Shown here: in pieces, positions 47,901-56,342 of the stretch
How positions within the stretch are numbered: position 1 is the first letter of the stretch
Layout: every line of letters begins with the position of its first letter
Translations under genes and position numbers: made by a program
DNA from: Antedon mediterranea
Lineage: Eukaryota; Animalia; Echinodermata
Reading direction: 5' to 3'
NCBI RefSeq assembly: GCF_964355755.1
Contig: NC_092672.1
Span: 14,136,001-14,200,000, forward strand
Length of the DNA stretch: 64,000 bases
The notes under the pieces: model-generated
The model's database searches: none
What the model was told of the DNA's origin: nothing
The model's input: the letters and a program-made list of their open reading frames with translations, nothing else

Positions 47901-49482
47901 CCTCACAGATTCGATGATTAATGTCCTCTAGTACTGTTCCCATAAACCTTTGGTATACCGCAGGTGCGTTTTTCAAACCAAATGGAATCCTGTTCCATTG
48001 AAATAATCCCCATGGAGTCACAAAAGCGGTTAGGGGTTGGCTATTGGGAGATATGAATCCTTGATGATAGGCTTTTCCCTGATCCAAAGTTGAGAACCAC
48101 TTTTGTCCACTGAGGCCATCGAGTACATCTTGCATTCTTGGTATCGGATACCTATCGGGTACAGTCTTTAAATTAAGTCCACGGAAATCACAACACAATC
48201 TAAGGCTGCCGTCCTTTTTTCGGACACATACTACTGGAGATGAATATGAAGACTGTGACTTCTTGATCCACCCCTTGCTTAAAAGTTCATGAATGTACTG
48301 TTTTACCTCTTCATACAACGGTCGAGGGATTGAAGTATATGATTTCTGTACAGGGATATTGTCAGTAAGTTGTAAGCTCATTTGTAATTCAGGGGAGCAC
48401 CCAATATCAAAGTCTCCCTTTGAGAAAGTAGCTGACTCCTCGCGTAGCATTTGTTTGGCTACCGTCTGTTGTTCCGAGGTAAGGTGGTCTAGACTCACAG
48501 GCGGGTCCCATAATTCGTCCGTACCGCCTTCCGAGGTTGTAGCTCCTACTGTAACTTTGGTGGTTGGATTTTGAGAGTCGCCTTTTTTCTTGCTATACTC
48601 CGTTCTTGATTGTGTAGGTAACAATACGCTTTGTATTCCTTCCACATGTCCAACGGTTATTCTCCGTCTCAGCATAATTTCGTTTGGTGTTGGGTTATGC
48701 GCATACAGTCTACAGGAATTTCCTTGTATTTCAACAACAGTATCGTACATTTCTAGTCCAATTGATAGAAGATTTTCAACGCTCGGTTCAAACATAGCCA
48801 TAACTTTATCTTTTGTTCCCATATAGGCTCGGCATTTTATTGAAACTGTCTCTCCTTTCCTGATGACAACATCGTTTCCGTCGAACGTAACAGTGCCCAT
48901 AGTGCCAGTGTTTTCCTTGACCAAATTTATTAAACAGTCTACCTTCTTATTATGAAACTTTGGAAACGCTTTTATGGCATTCGGATGTAGTCGAGCCGGA
49001 CCCATTATTATATGTTCCACAACGTTGTAACCGATTATTGGTTCACTTAGATTTGTTTTAGTAACTAGAAAAGGAACTCTGACCTGCTGTGTGGATTTTC
49101 CATCCAACGATAATTCAACAAACACCTCAGTCCATCCGTCGAATGGAAGATTCGTTCCATCGGCTGTACTTAGCTCAAGGTTTGTATCATCCAGTAGTTC
49201 CTTTAGGTCTCTCAGTTGCTGGTTTGGAAAATGTGTCTTTAACCAGGTCGTCGGCAACAATGAAACTTGTGCTCCGGTGTCCCAGAGAACCTTACAATTT
49301 ACATCATTTAATTTACAATTTACGATACACTTTCGGCCAACCAGTTTGACAAGTCTTTGATGGTGAACAGGATTAATATGTCCTATTTGATTTATGTATC
49401 CTGGCAAACTATTTACATAAGGGGACTTTTCGGTAGAATTGATCACGCCTCGTCCCGTCTGGGTGATCACTGCTCGTTTCCC
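44986..49482 (-). CDS. pol: Gypsy Pol polyprotein (protease, RT, RNase H, integrase), probably expressed by -1 frameshift from gag
   Basis: Uninterrupted ORF 44986..49509: LWDTGAQVS (PR), YLDD (RT), DAS..GLGAVL (RNase H), H..MGH...C..C plus IDF/DQGREF/NGQVER (integrase). Confidence 0.96.
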   Translation of the reverse strand, partial: GKRAVITQTGRGVINSTEKSPYVNSLPGYINQIGHINPVHHQRLVKLVGRKCIVNCKLNDVNCKVLWDTGAQVSLLPTTWLKTHFPNQQLRDLKELLDDTNLELSTADGTNLPFDGWTEVFVELSLDGKSTQQVRVPFLVTKTNLSEPIIGYNVVEHIIMGPARLHPNAIKAFPKFHNKKVDCLINLVKENTGTMGTVTFDGNDVVIRKGETVSIKCRAYMGTKDKVMAMFEPSVENLLSIGLEMYDTVVEIQGNSCRLYAHNPTPNEIMLRRRITVGHVEGIQSVLLPTQSRTEYSKKKGDSQNPTTKVTVGATTSEGGTDELWDPPVSLDHLTSEQQTVAKQMLREESATFSKGDFDIGCSPELQMSLQLTDNIPVQKSYTSIPRPLYEEVKQYIHELLSKGWIKKSQSSYSSPVVCVRKKDGSLRLCCDFRGLNLKTVPDRYPIPRMQDVLDGLSGQKWFSTLDQGKAYHQGFISPNSQPLTAFVTPWGLFQWNRIPFGLKNAPAVYQRFMGTVLEDINHRICEVYLDDVLIYSQNFHEQVENIRKVLQRFRQHGVKVKPEKCSLFRKEVRYLGKVVSAEGYRPDTKDIVAMTSLKQKTQRTVGDVRKVLGLIGYYRRYIKDFSKRAKPIFDLLKKDLPTSQTSSKKIKGQTSSKTPIEWTRNHQSILDKFIDELVSEPILAYPDFCSPFVLHTDASMDGLGAVLYQRQNGKMRVIGYGSRSLSPSEKNYHLHSGKLEFLALKWAVTEHFRDYLYHAPSFTVYTDNNPLTYVLTSAKLNATGHRWVAELADFHFDIKYRPGKSNIDADVLSRIPLDIDRYIKECISCISTDTIKAMSNGVFALQSGQVTLLSGVSANPTDNEPVTPVTKHSSIFCPADILQEQRMDDTILAVIPFVERNRPPTKNERTKLSLKTNLLLRQWKKLRLDDNGNLRRETSDRSQLVLPQQLISRVLTELHDNMGHLGVERVLQMARDRFYWPKMQKDIEDYITKRCSCIKKKKPVRNDKAPLRPISTTEPFELVSIDFLHLERSKGGYEYILVVMDHFTRFAVAYPTTNKSGKTAADKIFNDFCLKFGFPKRLHHDQGREFENSLFYYLQKYSGVEHSRTTPYHPQGNGQVERFNRTLLSMLRTLEDDQKPDWKNHLTKLVHAYNATKHDTTGFSPHFLLFGRQPRLPVDILFNLSRSGPEKTTPQYVQAWKRQMKEAYQIVRERAGITSENSKQRYNRKAHAITLHPGDRVLVRKLAQPGGPGKLQNYWENDIFKVVRQQGDLPVYIVKPECGVGRTRTLHRNHLLPCDSLPSEERLQPKPTSTKMKCMPKTQNAQHTMTDSELTDGDDEDRWDSVGQIEPTLDNRVNETDSSSDTSAILDPNATAFIPPRLQFVDETDVPQIQDLAPNMDEQQCFADDRSNEDELVDQLQENENRISNTGSVVEEAEDRPIRNRRPPQTLTYSTMGTPDPSCMKITESIDRTSEKQRKLNFISYLFIPQSCRLFGS

Positions 49483-49955
49483 GCCTGATTTCTGCGTTGG
49501 GATCGACAACCACGAGCAAAATGTTCACTGCTTCCACACTTGAAACAGTGATTGCATCTGGTACCACGTGTGCGACATCCATCACATGCCCGAACTGCAG
49601 GCCGGTTTCCGTGGTTGTTGTTCTGGGTCGTGGCTTGTTGTTGACCAATTACACCCACTTCTTGTCGAATTTGATTTAATCCGGCCTGTAACATGTCCCT
49701 CATCTCGTGAGTGAATAGTTCAAAACGTTTGTTTTCATTTTGCTTTTCACAACCTGATCCCTTTCTCAAAGATTCATCCACATCCACTTTGCAAACTTTA
49801 GTCCTTCCTGCTTTGAGTTTAGCCAAACGTTCCTGGTAATTGTTTACCGCTATATTAAGCGCATCCATTACTTCCTCATCCTCAGCACCATTATCGTCCT
49901 GATTCTCAACCGGATTGACGTCACCTTCCACATTCTGTTCCTCTCTTTCAGCCAT
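49467..49955 (-). CDS. gag: Short Gag (162 aa) with CCHC zinc knuckle, apparently lacking most of the capsid domain
   Basis: ATG 33 nt inside the 5' LTR boundary; C-terminal CDGC..CNHCFKCGSSEHFARGC; overlaps pol at a GGGAAAC slippery site. Confidence 0.85.
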   Translation of the reverse strand: MAEREEQNVEGDVNPVENQDDNGAEDEEVMDALNIAVNNYQERLAKLKAGRTKVCKVDVDESLRKGSGCEKQNENKRFELFTHEMRDMLQAGLNQIRQEVGVIGQQQATTQNNNHGNRPAVRACDGCRTRGTRCNHCFKCGSSEHFARGCRSQRRNQAGNEQ

Positions 49956-49965
49956 AGTTTCAGAT

Positions 49966-49985
49966 GAATCCGGGCAGTGCCTCCA
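49966..49985 (-). other. Primer-binding site, most like tRNA-Thr
   Basis: Minus strand TGGAGGCACTGCCCGGATTC, 3 nt from the LTR. Its complement GAATCCGGGCAGTGCCTCCA resembles metazoan tRNA-Thr 3' ends; the isotype is recalled, not searched. Confidence 0.7.
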
Positions 49986-49988
49986 AAA

Positions 49989-50814
49989 TGTTACCCCTGG
50001 TCAATGAGTACAGGGATGTTTTCCGTCGTTGAGAGATCTAAGAATAGTAATACACAATAAATGATGACAAGGATTTTATAGATGTTACACTCATATGTGG
50101 CAAATCTTTAATGGACCTCTTATCATCAAACATAGTAAGCTTAAAACTACAGTACATCTGCTACTGTATTTCATAACTCTAAAAATACTAACGATGAAGC
50201 ATTATCTCTCAACTAAGGTCGTGTTAAATAAGTAATAAACCTGTAACACTTTTTCACCTTCCTATTATACCAAGGTGAACATCAATACAGTATAAATAAT
50301 ACATGACTTGTACTTGTGTCTATACCAAATATAACTCTCAAAGTCACTATGATCAAGTTATACTTCATACGTAACCTATAAAATAACACAATGATACTCT
50401 TATCTTAGTTGTCATAGTAACCATGCTGAATCCAAGGACGTTCCCTCCTGGAAAGAATGTTAACCTTGGCTTACCCTCTCATTATACGGTGTAGAACCGC
50501 AACTGTAACCATATTGTATGAACAACATATCTATCCTAAGGGTAATATCTATCATCCTGAACAATAACTACATTATGGAAATTATCTCTATAATACAAAA
50601 TAATACAGAGAATAATATATTACTTTATAGTAATTGACACAATGAAACTTTACGTACCTAAGAATAGTAATACACAATAAATGATGACAAGGATTTTATA
50701 GATGTTACACTCATATGTGGCAAATCTTTAATGACCTCATGCCACCTATGCCCACCCTGTCACCTTGTGTACTTGGACTATTCCAAATTAGTCCGGGGGT
50801 TTATGGGCGTCACA
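49989..50814 (-). repeat. 5' LTR of the Gypsy element
   Basis: Direct repeat of 44025-44850; followed on the minus strand by the PBS and gag ATG. Confidence 0.95.
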
Positions 50815-51776
50815 TATATTTACATTTATATGGATCAATTACAAATTATAACAGGCAACATGTACGTTATACATAAACGTCAGATAAGCCGTTGATTTCA
50901 TCGCCCAAAAAACGTGCCAATATTTGTTATAACGTAAAAGATATCCCAACTATCCACTAAAGAGAGAGTTTATTAATTTACAATATTCTGTCACCGAAAA
51001 AAATATGATATACATTAAATTTTTTTAATGATAGGCCTACTTCCAGACGGTGACAAATTAAGAGTCTTGACTATACATCGTACCGTTTTTTAATGTCCGT
51101 TTAAAAATAGCAGAGAAATGCAGTTTGTTTTAATAGGCCTGAAGATATAGGCCTAATATGCAGTTTGTCCACTAGAGAGAGTTTTTTGACGGGCCTAAGT
51201 TCTTTTTTTAACTAAATAATTTGTCTGGTTGTGATCGTGTATTTGAGCTTGGATGGGGAGGGGGAGTTAGTTCATGTTTGGTCGATATGTTGAACGGAGG
51301 GTGCGGGAGGCGGGGGTATGATGTGAAGGGATAAGCCTACATACACCGTGTGTAACTGAATTGTCCGCCAGAGAGATTTAAAGGGCATCTTTACATAAAT
51401 TTGTATTTAGTACATTTCTATGGATCAATTACAAATTATAGCAACAGGTACGTTCTATATAAACATCAGATAAGCCGTTGAATTCATCGCCTAAAAACGT
51501 GCCAATATTTGTTATAACGTAAAAGATAGCCCAACTGTCCACTAGAGAGAGAGTTTATTGAATTACAATATTCTGTCTGTCATCGAAAAATATATGATAT
51601 AGGCCTACATTTCATTTTTTTAATGTAATATTTCCAGACGGTGACAAATTATGTCTTGACTATACATCGTACCGTTTTTGAATGTCCGTTTAAAAATAGC
51701 AGAGAAATGCAGTTTGTTTTAATATAAATAAGGCCTAATATGCAGTTTGTCCACCAGAGGGAGTTTTTGGACCTAA

Positions 51777-51955
51777 AGCTTGGTTCCCACTAGAACGTAA
51801 CGCAATGACGCAAACGCAACGCAAGCGTTTTAACCAATGACAAGCGAAGTTATAGAAAGTTAGCAATCACAAGCGAATAAGCCATCGCTTGTGATTGGTC
51901 AATTCACTTGCGTTGCGTTACGTCCTTGCGTTGCGTCGCTAGTGGGAACCACGCT
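51777..51955. mobile_element. PIF/Harbinger-type MITE, 179 bp, TAA TSD
   Basis: TAA at 51774-51776 and 51956-51958; TIR AGCTTGGTTCCCACTAG / CTAGTGGGAACCACGCT. Confidence 0.85.
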
Positions 51956-53102
51956 TAAGTTCTTTTTAACTAAATAATTTGTCTGGGTGTTCGTGTATTT
52001 GAGCAAAGGGGGAGGGAGTTCATGTTTTGTCGATATGTTGATCGGGGGGGGGGGGTGGGGTATGGTGTTTAATTACATTAAATGTACTAAATACAAATTT
52101 ATGTAAAGATGCCCTTAAACTCCCTCTGGCGGACAATTCGGTTACACAAGGTGTAGGCCTATCCCTATACATAAATTGTATATGAATCAATTACAAATTA
52201 TAGCAACAGGTACGTTCTATATAAACATCAAATAAGCCGTTGATTTCATCTCCCAAAAACGTGCCAATATTTGGAGTTGGGGGAGGTATAGTGTGAAGGG
52301 ATAGGCCTACATTTGGCGATATTCTGTCACAGAAAAAAATATGATATACATTTAATTTTAAAATGTGATACTTCTAGACTGAAACAAGTCTTGACTATAC
52401 ACATACACATCGTACCGTATTTGAATGTCCGTTTAAAAATAGCAGAGAAATGCAGTTTGTTTTAATATAGATATAGGCCTAATATGCAGTTTGTCCACCA
52501 GAGAGAGTTTTTTGACGGGCCTAAGTTCTTTTTTTAACTAAATAATTTGTCTGGTTGTGATCGTGTATTTGAGCTTGGATGGGGAGGGGGAGTTAGTTCA
52601 TGTTTGGTCGATATGTTGAACGGAGGGTGCGGGAGGCGGGGGTATGATGTGAAGGGATAAGCCTACCTACACCGTGTGTAACTGAATTGTCCGCCAGAGA
52701 GATTTAAAGGGCATCTTTACATAAATTTGTATTTAGTACATTTATGTGGATCAATTACAAATTATAGCAACAGGTACGTTCTATATAAACATCAGATAAG
52801 CCGTTGAATTCATCGCCTAAAAACGTGCCAATATTTGTTATAACGTAAAAGATAGCCCAACTGTCCACTAGAGAGAGAGTTTATTGAATTACAATATTCT
52901 GTCTGTCATCGAAAAATATATGATATAGGCCTACATTTCATTTTTTTAATGTAATATTTCCAGACGGTGACAAATTATGTCTTGACTATACATCGTACCG
53001 TTTTTGAATGTCCGTTTAAAAATAGCAGAGAAATGCAGTTTGTTTTAATATAAATAAGGCCTAATATGCAGTTTGTCCACCAGAGGGAGTTTTTGGACCT
53101 AA

Positions 53103-53281
53103 AGCTTGGTTCCCATTAGAACGTAACGCAATGACGTAAACGCAACGCAAGCGTTTTAACCAATGACAAGCGAAGTTATAGAAAGTTAGCAATCACAAGC
53201 GAATAAGCCATCGCTTGTGATTGGTCAATTCACTTGCGTTGCGTTACGTCCTTGCGTTGCGTCGCTAGTGGGAACCACGCT
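53103..53281. mobile_element. Second copy of the same MITE, duplicated with the satellite dimer
   Basis: Same sequence and same insertion site in the monomer, 1326 bp downstream; TAA at 53100-53102 and 53282-53284. Confidence 0.85.
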
Positions 53282-56200
53282 TAAGTTCTTTTTAACTAAA
53301 TAATTTGTCTGGGTGTTCGTGTATTTGAGCAAAGGGGGAGGGAGTTCATGTTTTGTCGATATGTTGATCGGGGGGGGGGGGGTGGGGTATGGTGTTTAAT
53401 TACATTAAATGTACTAAATACAAATTTATGTAAAGATGCCCTTAAACTCCCTCTGGCGGACAATTCGGTTACACAAGGTGTAGGCCTATCCCTATACATA
53501 AATTGTATATGAATCAATTACAAATTATAGCAACAGGTACGTTCTATATAAACATCAAATAAGCCGTTGATTTCATCTCCCAAAAACGTGCCAATATTTG
53601 AAGTTGGGGGAGGTATAGTGTGAAGGGATAGGCCTACATTTGGCGATATTCTGTCACCGAAAAAAATATGATATACATTTAATTTTAAAATGTGATACTT
53701 CTAGACTGAAACAAGTCTTGACTATACACATACACATCGTACCGTATTTGAATGTCCGTTTAAAAATAGCAGAGAAATGCAGTTTGTTTTAATATAGATA
53801 TAGGCCTAATATGCAGTTTGTCCACCAGAGGGAGTTTTTGGACCTACAACGTTCTTTTTTAACTAAATAATTTGTCTAGGTGTGATCGTGTATTTGAGCT
53901 TGGATGGGGAGGGCGGGGGGGGGTTCATGTTTGGCCGATAATATGTTGAACGGAGGGGGTGGGAGGGGGTGGATGGTGTGTAGAGATAGGCCTACACCGT
54001 GTGTAACTGAAGTGTCCGCCAGAGAGAGCTTTTAAGTGCATCTTAATTTACATTTAGTACATTTATATGGATCAATTACAAATTATAGCAACAGGTACGT
54101 TCTATATAAACATCAGATAAGCCGTTGATTTCATCGCCCAAAAACGTTCCAATATTTGTTACAACGGTAAAGATAGCCAAACTGTACACTAGAGAGAGAG
54201 TTTATTGAATTACGATATTCTGTCACCAAAAAAAATTTGATTTACATTTAATTTTGTTAATGTGATACTTCCAGACTGAGATAAATTATGAGTCTTGACT
54301 ACATCGTACCCTTTTTTAATGTCCGTTTAAAAATAGCAGAGAAATACAGTTTCTTTTAATATAGCTATAGGCCTAATATGCAGTTTGTCTACCAGAGTGA
54401 GTTTTTAGACCTACGCTCTTTTTTAACTAAATAATTTGTCTGGGTGTGATCGTGTATTTGAGCATGGATGGGGAGGGGGAGAGAGTTCATGTTTGGTCAA
54501 TATGTTGAACGGAGGGGGAGGGGTATGGTGTGAAGGGATAAGCCTACACCTTGTGTAACCGAATTGTCCGCCAGAGAGAGTTTAAGGGCATCTTTACATA
54601 AATTTGTATTTAGTACATTTATATGAATCAATTACAACATAGCAACAGGTACGTTCTATATAAACATCAGATAAGCCGTTGATGTAATCGCCCAACCGTT
54701 TACGTTTATTTATCAATGTTAATTTAATGTTGAAATCCAGTCGATTTTGGTTTACATGATATGTTTTCAATGTTGAAAAAAGATTGAAAGTAGGTAGTTA
54801 TAAATTATGCTTTCATGTTTTAACCCTTTTACAGTATTACGTTTCTTTAGCAATCTCATTTCAACGATAATTTAACGTTATAATCGAGCTGGCTTTTGGT
54901 TAAAATGGCAACATGATTTGAATTGAACATTGTGTTACGTTTATAACACAATATAATGTTAACGTTAATTCAACGTTAAAATCCAGTTGGCATTTTTGGT
55001 TAAAATGACAACATTTTTTCAACATTGAATAAAGGTTGAAATTACATATGTGTTAACGCCATTATTACGTTTGTTTTTCAATCTTATTTCAACGTTAAGA
55101 TGTATTGTCCCTTTGACTAATTCAACAACAAAAAAATTATTTTAAAAAAAAGTTGGTCATTTTGAAGTATCATAATAGTTCTTAACTTTCACCAAAAATT
55201 AGTCGAAAACAGTTGATTTAAAATTAAAACAAAACAGTAGACACAAGTATGAATATTTTCATAACCCAATTTATCCATTTTTACTAACTTAACTTATTTT
55301 TAAATGCAGATGTCATTTGTCCATTCGTCTACAAGCCTTTCGTTTTACTATTACAAATGTCTTAATTAAATGCACTGTGTTGAAGGGTGCAGTATGTTTG
55401 AATTTACAGTTTGTCTGTAATATTTCTGCTACAGTATTCTGTAGTATTCTGAAAGATATGCTACTTAAATTAAAACAACAATCATAATGAATGTTACATT
55501 GATTAAATATTAGGCCTAAATTATTACCCGAACCTTACTTTCTTAAAAAAATACAAATAATAAGTCAATCTATCAATATTCATGATAGTTAATACGCTTG
55601 CTCCTATGGAATTTATAAATTATATCTCAGGTTTAGGAAGTCTTTTTATGTTTTTACATTGTAATGTTTAATGTCTTTTGGAAACTCAGACCAAAAATCC
55701 TTTTTTTTTAGATTCCACACATCATTTTTTTAACAAGGCTTGTTCTTGTCATCTGTTTTATAAAACTGTATGTACTGTGAAACAATAAAAATGATATGAA
55801 AAATTAATATGATTTTGAAATTATGAAGAATCAGATATACAGTAATTCGGTAAATAATGGCCAATGTAGTACACAGTAGTAGTATAACAATAATTGTATA
55901 ATAATATGCTGCGCAGGAGGCCCGGCCTAGCTATGCTAGTTAATAATAATAGTATTACAAAACACCTCGGATATGTCGACGCAACTCTAGGAAAAGTGAC
56001 GCTTTAGTAACGCAATTTACTTACAGAAACAAAGTACATATAATTTTTCCCTCTAAAAAAATGGTATCGTCAGGAATATGTTCCCCCTGGCAGACATACC
56101 GTCTTGCAGACATTACAGAAACAAAGTACAGATATTTTCCCTTTAAAAAAAATGGTATCGTCGAGAATATGTTCCCCTGGCGGACATACCGCCTGGCAGA

Positions 56201-56342
56201 CATACCGCATGGCAGACAGTCTGCAGCAGGATCTCTATCATATAAGTTCGGTGGTACTGGTGTGTGTTTATGAGGAGAGAGAGAAAAGAGAGTGTGAGGC
56301 CTAGTAAGAAGAAGCATACACTGTGACAAACCGTAATTAAAA

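Larger units (their letters stand above)
44025..50814 (-). mobile_element. Ty3/Gypsy LTR retrotransposon, 6790 bp, recent insertion
   Basis: 826-bp TG...CA LTRs at 44025-44850 and 49989-50814 with no difference seen by eye; TATA TSD (44021-44024, 50815-50818); PBS 49966-49985; PPT 44851-44859; pol order PR-RT-RH-IN. Confidence 0.97.
43791..54695. repeat. ~570-bp satellite, ~6.5 monomers, interrupted by the Gypsy element, with a 1326-bp higher-order dimer
   Basis: Monomer start AATATGCAGTTTGTC at 43791, 51155, 51737, 52481, 53063, 53808, 54375; 51155-52480 is nearly identical to 52481-53807. Confidence 0.9.

Noticed and set aside
45060-49679. Short + strand and alternate-frame ORFs inside the Gypsy, including a possible env or antisense gene
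   Set aside because: Shadows of the pol/gag frames; only ~135 nt separate the pol stop from the 3' LTR, so there is no room for env.
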